Source: Eledone cirrhosa | Lineage: Eukaryota | Direction of reading: 5' to 3' | Length of the DNA stretch: 64,000 nucleotides | Assembly: GCA_964016885.1 (NCBI GenBank) | Contig: OZ024741.1 | Span: 195,548,001 to 195,612,000, forward strand | In this document: piece after piece, positions 46,989 through 60,703 of the stretch | Layout of the letters: each line of letters starts with the position of its first letter | Position numbering within the stretch: the first letter of the stretch is position 1 | The notes under the pieces: generated by a model | Database searches by the model: none | What the model was told of the DNA's origin: nothing | Seen by the model: only the letters and a program-made list of their open reading frames with translations | Translations under genes and position numbers: made by a program

Positions 46989-47929
46989 GTAGTTATACCA
47001 GTTTTATAAAACTTATATATATAATTTTTATAATTTCATTCTAAACAGGGAAGTAGTATTATTTTTTTTTTATTTGGCTACAATTTACGGGCAATACCAG
47101 CCGGCAGGAGACCTATGGATAGACCCTTAGTAAGATGGTTGGATAACATCAATGGACTTGGCTGGTCTCACTTGGGGATCCAGCCAGATCAATTGTTTCT
47201 GACAGGACCTGCTGGAACGAGTGTTTGAGGACTCTGACTCCATGACCCTCCCAGATATAAGAGGGCAAAGAAGAAAAAGAAGAGGGCTACAATTTTTTAA
47301 AAGATATTTACAGAAAATGTCTGGGCCCAATGTATGGTCATAGGTACTGTCCCTGCTGTACTTTATTAAAGTACACTAGGCTATTTCACTTCCTAATACC
47401 ATATTAAAAATGTGAGATTATATCACATGATGTTAATCTTTCTATACTTGTATGTATATAGAGTAACTATATTACTTAAGAACTTTGGGATTTAGGATGC
47501 TGAATTTACAATCATAACATTGTGGGTTAGATTCCTGGATAGGGTACTGCATTGTGATCTTGAGCAAAACACTTTATTTTATATTGCTATAGTACACTCA
47601 GCTGAGAGTGAGTACCAGCAGTAGCTGGGGAGTTATTCCTGCAATAGACTGGCATCCTATGCAGAGCAAGTCTTGTACTCTCAGTCACTTAACACCAAGG
47701 AAACTGGATATAAGTACCAGCCTGATGAGCCTTCAGCTTAGCAACAGTCTTTAACTAACTAACTTAGGTTTTGGGATAGTATTAAGGTAATTAAATTAAT
47801 TGCATAAATCCTAATTTTAAAGTTGTATGCATCATATCATTGGAAGGCCAATAGAAACTTTATTGTACAGCATTTAAAATTTCAAGGAACTAAAATGTTT
47901 TGATGATTTTTAATGAATTTTGAGCTTAA

Positions 47930-49935
47930 TGTGACCATCACTTAATGTTGCTGAACTTAGGCTGAAGAAGATCAAGAAGTGCAAGAATACCAGACTGAAG
48001 TTCAATATGGACAGGCTGAAGGACCCCACCATTGCCAAGTCCTTCCAAGCAACTGTTGGTGAAAAATTTGCAGCTCTGCAAAGGATGTTGAAATGGTGAC
48101 AGCAAAGTTCAATGTGATGAAGACAGAGACAGAAACGACATCTTAGGGAAACACCACAGGAAAACTCAGCCATGTGTCACAGAAGAAGTTCTTGAATTGT
48201 GTGATACAAAAAGAGAACTAAAATAATCCAAGAATACACCAACTGTAACACCCTCTTACAGAGAGATCAGTAAGAAGATCAGGAAAGGGATGAGAAAAGC
48301 CAAAGAAGAATGGGTAGAGAAGCAAAGGTGGAAGAGTGCCTGAACAGGAACAACAGCAGGTGGGCCTTTCAATTGTGACAGATATCACAAAACAGAGACA
48401 CTCAAGAGTCAGCACCATCCAAGATAACCAAGGAAAGTGTTTCATGGAATAAAATTACATCACTGAGAGATGGACAGAATACTGCTCAGAGTTATATAGC
48501 CATCAGACCCATGGAGACCTCAGTGTGCTTATCAGTCAGGGAACATCAAACAAGGATGACTTCCCAGTCCTGCATGAAGAAGTGGAGACAGCAATAAAAC
48601 TGAAAACTGGAAAAGCAGCTGGTACAGACATTCCAGCAAAACTGATAAAGCATGGAAGAGAAGCAGTGATTGACGCTCTCACCAGAATCTGCAACAAAAT
48701 TTGGCAGACTGGGAAATGACCAACACTGTGGACTTAGTCACTGATTATCACACTCTCCAAGAAAAGCAATCTACAACACTGCCAAAATTATAGAACCATC
48801 AGCCTTATCAGTCACAAAAGCAAAGTGATGCTAAAAGTCATCCTGAACAAGATGAACTCACAAGTTGAGGAAATCATTGCAGAAGAGCAGGCTGGTTTCC
48901 ATTGTGGAAGGAGCACTGTAGAGCAGATTTTCTGTCTGAGAGTCCTATGCGAGAAGTACAGCCATCACCAACAAGATCTTTACCGTGTATTCATTGACTT
49001 CAAGAAAGCCTTCAACAGGGTGTGGCACGATGTGCTGTGGGCAACCATGAAGAAATATAACATGGGACAAAAGATCTTCCACACCATACAACCGCTATAC
49101 ATGAAAGCCTCAAGTGCGGTATTTGTCCAAGGCACAATAGGGGATTGGTGCCACACGTCAGTAGATGTCCGGCAGGGGTGTCTTCTCTCCCTGTTCAAAA
49201 TCTTCTTTGAGTGAATTATGAGTGATACCCTAGATATGGCATGGAGACCAAGCTGATGATAAATACCACAAAGCCAATAGAGAGAAAAATCCCAGTCGTT
49301 GGTCAAGAGCTGGAGAGTGTGGCACAGTTCAAGTATCTTGGTGCTATCATCAGTCGAGAGGGATCCAAGCCAGATATCCTTACAAGGAGTGCTCTAACAG
49401 CCACAACACTTGCTAAGCTGAAACCTCTCTGGAGAGATAAAAACACTACTCTCAGATGCAAACTAAAACTCCTGCATGAGTTGGTCCTATCCAACTTTCT
49501 ATACGCATGTGAGTTATGGACCTTGACCACTGAACCGCAAAGAAAGATCCAAACAGTGGAGATGAGATGCTACAGAAGAATCCTATGAATCTCCCTCTTA
49601 GGACATGTCACAAACGAAGAGGTCCGCTAAAGAATCACCCAGCATGTGAGCTACGTTGAAGATCTGCTGACCACACTAAAGAGGTAGTATGAGCCTGTAA
49701 TAAGATTGGACAGACTCTCCAAGACAATTCTCTAAGGAACAGTGTTGGGAAAGAGAAGGTGGGGCAGACAGAGGAAGTAGTGGACAGACAACATGGCTGA
49801 GTGGACAGGAAAGAACTTTGCCACAACCCAAACACTCGCCCATGACCACTAGAGATGGAGGCATTTTGTGCAGCGTTCAACACTTCAGTGTCCCAACAAC
49901 CCCGAAAAAGCTTAAGGGACCATAATGATGATGAT
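47930..49935 (+). mobile_element. Degenerate RTE-clade LINE in an intron
   Basis: LKTGKAAG.D, NYRTISL, EEQAGF..GRST.EQIF.LR, FIDFKKAF, VRQGCLLS, FKYLG with stops and deletions; (GAT)n tail. Confidence 0.85.
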
Positions 49936-50321
49936 GTGTTAATTACTGTTTTCATATCAAAGTTCAAGGATAATTTATATAGGGATGATGTATAGTTAAT
50001 TGTGATGATTTCATTATATTACTGCGTCGTATTTCAACCAGTCTTGGCAGAATGTAAAATAAAGTCAGCACTGACAGGATTTAAAATCAAATAAATAAAA
50101 TTAAATGTTATATATTTAACTTCAATACTACTTCCAGTGCATTCAGTTTATAATAGAATATATGTAATACACAGGTGAATAGTGAAACTTGACCACTTTT
50201 GCTTCTAATCTTATTCAATACTGCTTACTTTATTTATTCACTTATTTAATTTTCAAAATTACTTTCTTGGTTTCTCTTTTCAAATAGCTGGACTATCTGG
50301 CAGTTGTTTCACATGACTTTC

Positions 50322-50366
<45 letters not shown>

Positions 50367-51085
50367 TAGGGAGGTAGTATTATTTCCAAACTTTGGTTGG
50401 ATTTTTAGAATATATTATAAAATAGATTAGCAGTATCACTAACATAGTGTAATTCATAATAAAGATGTATATGAAGGCATTTACGATGTATTTATGTATG
50501 ATAAACTTATATGTCTCACTGTGAATGTTTTAAGCTGAAATCATGTCACAGATATCACAGTAGCTGTGTGAGAATAGGATTTGTATCCATCATCAGTGAA
50601 GTTTACTCACTTAGTACTGAAATAAAAATAAGCTATACTTTATATACATTTTGTGTATAAAATATCTGCTGGAGATTTTTATCCCTATACTGAGTTTATG
50701 AGATTAGAAATGGAATGAAAGCAGAAGGAAAGTATTCCAAGATAGCATGTTTGAATTATATTTTTGTGCACATTAATTCCTTAATCTAAATAAATTTATT
50801 TAGACACATTTTATATTCCTTGGCAAAAATTGATAGTCATTGTCTTTATTACAAGTTGAATTCTATGACATAACTTTTTGCCTTACTGCACAGAAATTAT
50901 AGACAGTAGACAAATGAGTTAAATAGAATTTTAACTTGCGTATTTGTCTATTATCTCTATTTTATATTTCTTTCTACTCAATCAGATTGCAATGCATCTA
51001 TAGTCATTGCATATGAGAAATTGTGACATAAGTTAAAGATATTCTTTATAATTTTGAAAATATTTCCTATATATATATTTTTCAG

Positions 51086-51154
51086 TAATCAACAATAAGT
51101 CTCATTGTTGTCATGGAAATGAATATGATGCAACATCACACACCTGTGAGGATG
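51086..51154 (+). CDS. Galaxin-like gene exon 6 (VINNKSHCCHGNEYDATSHTCED)
   Basis: ttttcag| ... |gtgagt; phase 1-1. Confidence 0.82.
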
Positions 51155-52189
51155 GTGAGTGTAAAACTTAGCTTTTAATTTCATATTATTTACATTTCTA
51201 TTCCTCAATGACCATTTATTTCTAGGAATGATCATGAAATAAAGATGCTTATCATTTTAGTTTGTAACTAAATTATTAACATATTTTAAAGAAAATGTTT
51301 AAAACAAAATCTGATAACATTTACCTCTTAGATATCTATGTGTTCAATATATTTGACCAATAATACATCAATTGAATTTGTCTTCTATTTTTTAATTAGC
51401 TTGTTATTATATAAATATGTTTTCAGTGTTTATAGTTCAATATAAATTCTAATTGTTTTATTGATTTAAGCTCTAAAGCCTGGGTAGAAGTGTGTGGGGT
51501 TAATAATTTTCCACATTTTTCTGAAAATCTTTTCTCCTTTAAAAAGTTTAAATTTCTATAATTGTTAAGGACCTTTTAGGGACTCAAATTAGGCAGTAAA
51601 AGACTGATCTGTTTAATCTGTCAGTATAGAAAAATACATGTTAAAATATTAATGACGATAATGATGATTACAAATTCCATTAAAGTTGTGTATTAAAAAA
51701 AAACTTCAGCAACCATTGTAAAAGATGGAGTACAAGTGTTCTGAAAGAGTAATTGAACATTAAAGGCATTAGTGAATGTGCATTAAAGAGACAACTCTGC
51801 TGTTATGGGCATGTGATGGACAGTGAATATTAAATAAAAATGAGCTATATGCGACCAGTGGGCAATGCTTGTGGTAGAAAAAGACCAAATACAATATAGG
51901 AAAAAATAGTGAGGTTAGAGTTTAATATGGTGAGCTTCACAGAAACGATGATGAAAAATTGACCAGGAAAAAATTATGATGATGAAGATAATGATGAGAA
52001 GATTTAGTTGTTGAAAGTTAACTCTGACTGCGATGCAAATCAGTTATTGATTAAGTATTTAGTGGTGTGTGTGTGTGCACATGTTTGTGAGAGAGAGAGC
52101 TGTTACAATGTAGATTCTAAGCAATTTAGTTTAGGCTGCATTATAAGGTATATTCTGAAGACCTGATGATGAATAATAACATCAACTGG

Positions 52190-52745
52190 AGAGGAGAGAA
52201 TGGAGTGAAGATGGAAGGCATGAAAATGTTTTGTTACCTTGGAAGCATGTTAAATGGAAATGGTGGATCAGACACGGTGACAGTAGCTAAAGTGAGAATT
52301 GCATGGAAGAAGTTCTAGGAACTGAGTGGCATGTTAATGAGGAGAGGGGTGTCATTGAAATTGTAGGCAAAGGTGTTTCCTGCATGTGTGAGATGTGCCA
52401 TGATTTATGGGAGCAAGACATGGCTACTGAGTGAGGATCAGCAGAAAAGATGACAAAGAATAGAAATGAGAATGATAGTGTATGAGCGGAATATTACTGA
52501 GAGAGAGGAAGACAAACAATGAATTGCAGAAGATGATGAGAATAGAGTCAGTGATTGGATGAGATTGTTGGGTCGTGTGTTGAAGAAAGATGGATGTGAC
52601 TGGATTAGAGGAGTGATGGAAATGAATATAGAAACAAGTGGAGGAAGGGGGAGACAAAGAAAGACACAGCTGGAAATCATGGAGGAGGAAATAAAAGTTG
52701 GTGAAGGCAAATGCAGATGATAGGGCAAACTGGAGAGGCTTTTCA
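52190..52745 (+). mobile_element. Degenerate RTE 3' fragment
   Basis: FCYLGSML..VRIAWKKF.ELSGML..MIYGSKTW. Confidence 0.65.
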
Positions 52746-52856
52746 TTGAATACCTATTTTAACAGAGGAAATTGCCTTAAAATACTTGTTTAGTGTTTGT
52801 TTTCATTTGAAATTTGAAATCTTTAATCAATGTTTATTCAAATTATTCAATTTCAG

Positions 52857-53020
52857 GTCAAATTAAAAAAATCAATCTTTTGAAATGTTTTATAAAACAA
52901 TATAATCCTCAAAAAGAAATATGTTGTGGATATAAGGTTGTAGCTAAGGAACATGATGACCAAGATGGCTGTTGTCAAGGGAATTTAAAACCACCTGTTC
53001 TTATTAATTCAAAAACTCAG
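52857..53020 (+). CDS. Galaxin-like gene exon 7 (GQIKKINLLKC..YNPQKEICCG..DGCCQG..SKTQ)
   Basis: tttcag| ... |gtaagc; phase 1-0. Confidence 0.88.
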
Positions 53021-54098
53021 GTAAGCACTTGATATTTTGTTGATGTAAAATGTCACTATTTTAATATTTCTATAAAAATCATGAACAATATTTAAATGGT
53101 GGAGTATATTCTGACTGAAATCACTGTTATGGAAATAAAGCTCTTAGTGCTTAAGTTTATACTGAATCAAAAGCAAAATTTGTGATATAATAGTTAAATG
53201 GAAGTATTTCTTCAATGTTGCTGTTTAGAAAATTAACTTTCTTAGAGTAATTCCGTCAGGACGCTTGCCATCTCCATGGTTGAGGCCTGTTGGCTCCAGT
53301 TTTGATGGGAAGCCAGCTGCGTCTAGAGTCCTTCTCATTATGTCATTGAGAGCAGCATGTTGGGGGAACCAGCCTGTGCTCTGGTGCCTGATGATGGGTG
53401 CAGGCTCAACTCATCAATGGCATTTGTGTGCCTCCCACATGTGGAGGCACAGGCATTGGGCCACTCTGATGCAAGTGCACTCATCATCAAGAAGGGTACC
53501 AGTTGATGATGAGGGCACCAAATTGAGTCATTTGCCACTATTTGGCTCTGAAGCGGAACGGAGGCAAGCAATGCGATGTTGGTCTAAGCTAGACTTGATC
53601 TGCCTGAAGGTAAACTTGCACATGATGTCATCCCTAGGACATTTGTATATTGGGGGACAGAGAAGCCTTCACTGGTCCTGTTTGCCAGAGCCTGCTCCAG
53701 AGAAGGTTTTAATTTAGATATGAACACTCTAAATTTGAGAGTTTTATCACAGAACCAAACAGGGGGTTTCAGCTGGTTTGGTTGGTATCAAAAGGTTTGA
53801 GAAGGGTAGGTGAAGTCATATGGCTAAATATCTATTGTTTCAAACCTACCCTTAGTATCTTTCTTTCCATTTCCACTTCCTTTGTTGGATTTCTTTGTCT
53901 TAACAATAAACTAAGTGTAAGTGCAATATTTCCTTCACAATTGTATCCCTTAACAACTCACTCTATGTTTTCAGCCATTGTTATCTCCATCAAACACAAA
54001 ATTAAACAACACTTACATTCTCACCCCTTTTCTCTACACCTTAAAATGTATTTAAAATTTTATATTAGATTTCACATATTTGATTTTTTTTACAACAG

Positions 54099-54208
54099 GT
54101 ATGTGTTCGTGGGGAAGTCCAAAGTAAGATTCATTGTAAGTCTGAAGATCCAAAGAAATATACATGCTGTCACAATAAACGTTATAGCATATCAAGTTAT
54201 GACTCAAT
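54099..54208 (+). CDS. Galaxin-like gene exon 8 (VCVRGEVQSKIHCKSEDPKKYTCCHNKRYSISSYDS)
   Basis: acag| ... |gtaagt; phase 0-2. Confidence 0.85.
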
Positions 54209-54639
54209 GTAAGTTTAATTTAGCTATTTAACAGTTGCTAACTGCCTTTTAAAGCAATTTCCAAACATATATTACACTACATATAGCATGTTCAATGTAA
54301 CCATATAATATTGTGGCATACTGTATTTTGTACAATAAATGACTATATTTCATTATGCTACACCTTATTTGATCACAGCTTACATAAGCCATTGATTTAA
54401 CTGCATGTCCAGTTTATTAAACCTCAGTGTTCAATAATCAACCTCTGCCTTCTTAAGCAGAATTGATCAATGATACTCAAAATTAACAACTGCAATAGAT
54501 ATAACACTTCTTGTAAGTATAACACATCATGTTGCATCATACAATATTAGTTTGTAGATAGCTATACCCTTCTAAACAACTTTAAATATAATCATTGCCA
54601 ATATGCCAATATGTGTTAAATATTTCTTGTTAATTGCAG

Positions 54640-55010
54640 GTGCTGTGGAAATATAGCTAAAAAGAAACCAGCTAGAGGCCTTGTTGATAATTGCCAATCT
54701 TCACTTTGTGGCAATAAAATGTATAACAACCGCAATTTCATTTGTTGCGATGAACAGCTATTTGACAGATATAAATATCATTGCAAAAACAAAAAAGTTT
54801 ATAAAATGTTCAATTTTCAAGATGGTCTTTTTAATGAAAAGATACAGACTTGTGGACACTATGCTGTTGTGAAATCCAATAACATCGGTTGCTGTGTAGG
54901 AATGCCTCATAAAAAAGAAATTAAATGTCCATTCATGTGGCGATCTAAAACAAATCAACTGAAATCAAATAATTATCAATTTTGGGATATAATTGAATGC
55001 AGAACAACAA
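54640..55010 (+). CDS. Galaxin-like gene exon 9 (MCCGNIAKKK..LCGNKMYNNRNFICCDE..GCCVG..IECRTT)
   Basis: ttgcag| ... |gtaagt; phase 2-1. Confidence 0.88.
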
Positions 55011-55144
55011 GTAAGTTTTGAATTAATTGAAATACATTTTTTTTTTTGTTTATCATGTTGTGCCATTTATTTTGAAGTAACAAGCTGAATATATAAAACA
55101 TAAATTAAACTAACAATTAATGGGTTGACATTTCATAGTTATTA

Positions 55145-55860
55145 GACAAAGGGAACTATCGTGGCATCAAACTGATGAACCAGATCATGAAAATTACAGA
55201 AAGTCATTGTACAATTGTTTAGGGATTGAATTAATCTAGATGCAGTTTGGATTTGTGCCAGGAAAAAGTACCACAGATACCCTCTTTCTTGTGAGGTAAC
55301 TGCAGGAGAAGTATCTCACTAAAAGCAAACCCCTCTACTTTGTTGACTTGGAGAAAGCTTTCGACAGGGTCTCACATTCTGTAATGTGGTGAGTTCTTAA
55401 GAAACTTGGAGTAGAAGAGTGGCTTGTGAAAGTGGTACAAGCCATGTATAGAGGTGCTGTCAGCAAAGTTAAAATTAATAAGGACAATAGTGAGGAGTTT
55501 GGTGTGCAAGTTGGTGTCCACCAAGGCTCAGTCCTTAGTCCTCTCCTGTTTATTATTGTCCTTCAGGCTATAGCAGAAGAATTTAAAACAAGATGCCCAT
55601 GGGAAATCTTGTACACTGATGATCTAACTTTCTAAGAACATAGGTTTTACTTGTGGTCATTGCACAGGAGCAGTAACATACACTCACAGGAAACAAGTGC
55701 TATCAAATTCTTAGAAGGTTCCGTAGTAGCAGGTGACAGCTTCTGTTACCTGGGTGATCAAATTAGCAGTGGAGGTGAGTGTGCCAAATGTACAGTAGCC
55801 AGAGTGAGAACGAGATGGAAAAAGTTCTGGGAGCTACTACCACTGCTAACTACAACATGA
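55145..55860 (+). mobile_element. Degenerate RTE fragment in an intron
   Basis: NYRGIKL, FVDLEKAFDRV, GVHQGSVLSPLLF, LYTDD, FCYLG. Confidence 0.8.
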
Positions 55861-57691
55861 AAAGATTCAATGGGTCATCATAGACCAAGTCAGTACTGAA
55901 GCAAGGCTACTGACTGCCCAAATTGGCCAGAGGTCTGCATCTTGCTTACGTATAGTCTCACATTCAACTGAGTGCACAGGAGAGGTTTTCAAAAGTGAAG
56001 GGTCCTCCTAACTCTTTGTTTGGGAAGCTTTCAATGGATGGATACTCTTCTTATCACCAACCACTTTACAGCATGTACTGGCTGCATTTATCATGTAAAT
56101 CACTAACACTAGGGAGGTTGTCGTGGTCTTGACACAATTAAAGGGTCTGCCTAAATCTTTGTTTGACAACCTTGTTACAGCCTTCCTATCACCAACTGCT
56201 GAGTTTGCTTCCGTGAGTTTGATTCCTGAACAGGGCAATGCATTATGTCCTTGAGCAAGACACATTATTTAAAATTGCTCTTTCTCCCAGGAGTTGCAAC
56301 TGCTAGACCAATGAAAACATTGATTTCATGGTCCAATTTGATGAGTTTGATGCCACTTGGTAAACAAATGAGGTTGGATCTTGTCCATCAATTGAAAGGA
56401 TAAGTTCCTCGCTGCTGCTTCCAGTTTCTCTCCAGTGCAATACATGAAAGCTCAATGCAAAAACTAAAACTAGGCTTGAACTGATCTGTGCACTTGTTGT
56501 TCATTCTTTGAAAGAGATGCAAGATCTTATTAATATATTATCCATAGCATATCAGGATTTTAGTTTCACCACTAGCCTAACAAAAACTGAAAATGCTCAC
56601 TAGCCTAGATCAAATAAATCCTCTGTTCTGATTTGCACTGGGTAAGAAGGAAAAAATATGGGTGCAAAAAGTGGTTACACATTGAGATTTTATAGTGAAA
56701 AATACTTATGTGACACGAGAGTCACCCACTCTCTAAATGTTTGAAGCTGTTAAACTAACAATAAACAAAAATAAAGCAGGATGGTCAAAGACTACAAAAA
56801 CCACAGGCTTCAAATAAAAGTATTCTTCTCTCGTGTATATTTACATAATCATGTAAATGCAGGTATACATGCACATGCATACATACATACATACACACGC
56901 ACATATATACATACATATATACACACACATGCACATACATACATACATACATGCATACACACATACATACATATATGCATAGATATATATACACACACAC
57001 GTATATAAATGCATACATACACACACATATATATACATATATACACACACATGCACATACATACATACACACATACATATGATGGCTTCAACTCGATTTT
57101 GAATAATGTCATTGCTTGATACTTGAGCATGAGCATCACGGACGTAGCTTTTTAGTGCTGCTAGTGACTTGCCTATGGCCAGATATGTCATGTATTGCAA
57201 AAAATGTCACATATCAAGTGATGCCTTTGCTTGAAGATTTTTTAAGTGAGGAAAGGCTTTGCACAGGGCCAATCTCACTCTCTTAATATTGAAAGCATTT
57301 GCCCAAAAAGAAGAACTGGTATGCATCATTGGATGCAAACAAAGTTGCTGGTTCTATATCAGAGTGACATTCTCCTAGAGAGATGTCTTAATGAAGACTA
57401 GGAGTCTCACTCCACGAAAAAAAAAAAAATGCCCGTGACTCCACTAAGAGGAGATACTTGACATTCTCCACCATAGCCTCATTGCTTGAAGAAGCAAGAG
57501 AAACAATAGAGCAGTTGATTAAACCAACCTCAGTACATTACTGGTAGTTTATTTCATTGGTTGCTGAAAATGAAAGGCAAAGTTAACCATTAGTTTTATG
57601 ATCGCTATTAAGCTTTATAAATGTTGTCATTTGTTTTTAATGTAAGCAAACTGTAAATATTTATTTATATCTTTTCTTTTTATCATTGCAG

Positions 57692-57975
57692 GAATGACTG
57701 GAAATATAATTGATGTCAAACCAATATCTGAGAATAAATTCACAGTACGATTTAAAGTTGATAATGATAATTTTGAAGTCAGAGTACACATTAAAAATCA
57801 AAAAAGTAAAACTAAATTAATGAAGGAAGGCAAAGGAAAAACAATTTATGTATTTTATAAAAAAAAATTGGGATATGATATTATCCTTGGTACTTATGGT
57901 GCCATTTCTTTAGAGAAACATTCTAAAAGTGATAAACTCGAATATAAATGCCCAGAAGTTCAAGAAATTTGGTAA
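57692..57975 (+). CDS. Galaxin-like gene last coding exon (RMTGNIIDVKP..KCPEVQEIW*)
   Basis: ttgcag|; phase 1 matches exon 9; the stop TAA overlaps AATAAA (57974-57979). Confidence 0.78.
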
Positions 57976-59065
57976 TAAATGAGTGTTGTATAAGGAAAAC
58001 AAATGAGGTTTAGATCTCTAACATCAATGAATACTCAGAAAGGATATGAAAAAGTTGAAGCTGTAAAATCAAAATCTTATTTTATATCATTGTTTTATAA
58101 TAGTTCATGATAAAAAACTATTATGAAAAGTATATATAACAAACACCCAATATCACAGCAAGTCATTTGGCAGACTAGCAATATTCAGAAATACATACGT
58201 GTGTGATGTGAAATGTGTATTTTTATTAACCACTACAAATTTGGCTTTTCACAACGTATTTTACCTTGAAGTAAATTGCTTTTATGTTTAGGAACCCAGC
58301 ATATGCAAGTTGCCAGGTTAATTAATATTTGAACACAGATTCAACATGGAAAATGAGAAGAGAGGTGAGAGAACATGAGATGTTGTTATCTCCCTTTGTT
58401 TAGACACCAGTAAATACATAAATATACACATGAGCACATAAACAAACATTCATATGTACACACACACAGACGCACATATTTATACATATATCCATATGTA
58501 AAACACGTGTATATATATATACACACATGCAAATATTTAATGGTGTCTGCATAATAGCCAACATAGTGAAGATATAGTTATATGTAACACAGTAAAATAG
58601 AAGTAGGATCAGGTTGTATATAAGGTTAGTTGTAGTGGTCAATAAGCTAATTCTTCTTTCTTTCTCATTCTAACTATTGTGTATGTGTCAAACGACAAGA
58701 ATAAGATAATGGATTATATGAAGAGATCAATGCTAGTGTAGTGTTAATGAAATAAGGTCAGCATAGCTGCTGAGATAATTAAGGTTTGTTGTAAAGTTCA
58801 ATAAGTGAAAGTTAATCTATAGTGGGAAGGCCTGTGTGGGTGTTAGCTGTGATTTAAGCATGTAGTTTCTTGTGCAAGAGAAATAAAGTATTTCTGCTCA
58901 CATGACGTGTGTCTGCCAAAATGAACAAATAGATGGGTAGACAGATAGGTCAGAGAAGGAAAGATATGGGACACATCTGCTAGATACCAAATCAAAACTA
59001 GAAAGGACAATCAGAAGCAGTCGCAGGTGGAAGTCATACAAGTCAATGTAAAAACGATGATTACA

Positions 59066-59370
59066 GGCATGTGGCAGAATGGTTAGAGAATTGGATTCGC
59101 AGAGTGAAGGCATGTGGCTGAGTGGTTAGAGAATTGGATTCGCAGAGTGAAGGCATGTGGCAGAATGGTTAGAGAATTGGATTCGCAATTGTGAGGTTGT
59201 GAGTTTGATTCCCAGACCGGGCGATGCGTTATGTCCTTGAGCATAACACTTTATTTCACATTGCTCCTTCTGCCTGGAGTTGCAACCGATAGATAGTATT
59301 AGCGATTGGAAAGACCAATGGAAACATTGTTTCCTTGGTCCGATTTGACAAAGCCGATCGTTCCTTTTAT
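59066..59370 (+). mobile_element. tRNA-derived SINE with a triplicated 43-bp head
   Basis: ggcatgtggc..a.tggttagagaattggattcgc at 59066, 59109 and 59152; B box gagtttgattcc; body gtccttgagca..acactttatttcacattgctc. Confidence 0.75.
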
Positions 59371-59377
59371 CTATATA

Positions 59378-60703
59378 TCATCATCATCATCATCATCATC
59401 GTTTAACGTCCATGTTCCACGCTTGCATGGGTTTGGACGGACGTTTTCCCACTTGAGGCAAGAGTGGTTGTCTTGCTCGCATAGGACTGTCTGGCAGGTT
59501 TTCTACGGCTGGATGCCCTTCCTAACACCAACCACATTTACAGTGTGGGTCTGGGAGGTTTTTACCGTGTTGCCTACACGGCCACATTACAGCGTGGACT
59601 GTGTGTTTTTTTGTCGTGACACCTACATGACCTCATTTGTTTCGGCCTGGATGTTGTGGCACCAACATAACTTTACATTGAAAGGGGCGGTGTGGATGGG
59701 GTGGGAGTGGTGGGACGGGGGTGTATTTTGTTAGAGATGCCTACTGACTGTAGTAGGTTTTACTATATATTTAGGTAAGGCGGGTCTTCTCTGTTACTGA
59801 GTACCACCAAAGATCTCGGTCCAGTGACATTGTCTTGGAGAGGTGTAAGTGTGTGAGGTCGGAATTTATCAGGTCGTCCCAGGTTTTTCTGGGTCTGCCT
59901 ACTCCGCGGCTACCGTCTATCTTTATTGCCCTGCACTTTTTTATACAGCTGTGGTCTTTCATGCGCATCATGTGACCATACCAACGTAGCCTTCTCTCGA
60001 GTAAACAACATCTGATCCCTCTTATTTCTAATTTTTCCCTTAGTTCGTTTATGCTTTGCCGTTCACATATATTACTATTACACATCCAGCGGAGCATGCA
60101 AGCTTCGTTCCTCTCTAGTCTGCGTATATCCTCTGCACACAATGCCCAGGTCTCACTGCCATGCAACATTGCTGTTCGTATGCAGGCATCGTACAACCTG
60201 CCTTTCATTTTTAGGGAGGACCCTTTAGCGGCTAATAGTGGTATAAGCTCTCTGAACTTTTTCCATCCAGTTCTGACTCTAGCTACTGTACTTTCAGAGC
60301 ACCCTCCCCCACTGCTGATTTTGTCACCCAGGTAACGGAAGCTGTCCACTATTTCTATAGAACCCTCTGCGCAATTGAAAGAGCTAGTATTATGTGGGCA
60401 CTTGCTGCTACTTACTGCACCAGAGCACCGGACACATGTAAAATCTATGTTCTTAGTTAGCTTACCTGTGATCCCACTACATCTTTTATGCACCCATACT
60501 TTGCATTTGGGACATAAAATGGAGTTTCTACCTACGCCTTTCCTACACACTGAGCATGGCCATTTCCCGGAAGGGACCGGCGCCTTATTTTCTTTCCTAC
60601 AAACTAGAACTTTAGTCTTAGCCAGGTTAATTTTAAGGCCTTTTGATTCTAGGCCATGCTTCCATGTTTGGAATTTCTTCTCTAGCTCGGCCATTGATTC
60701 AGC
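59378..60703 (-). mobile_element. 5'-truncated RTE LINE with an internal PHD-like zinc finger and (ATG)n tail
   Basis: GLKINLAKTK..CSVC..CPKC..VHKRC..CVRC..FRYLG..MLHGSETW..RLRWYGH..GRPRKTW. Confidence 0.85.

Noticed and set aside
47715-47750. CTGATGA in a SINE body
   Set aside because: No GAAA or stem III; part of an ordinary SINE.
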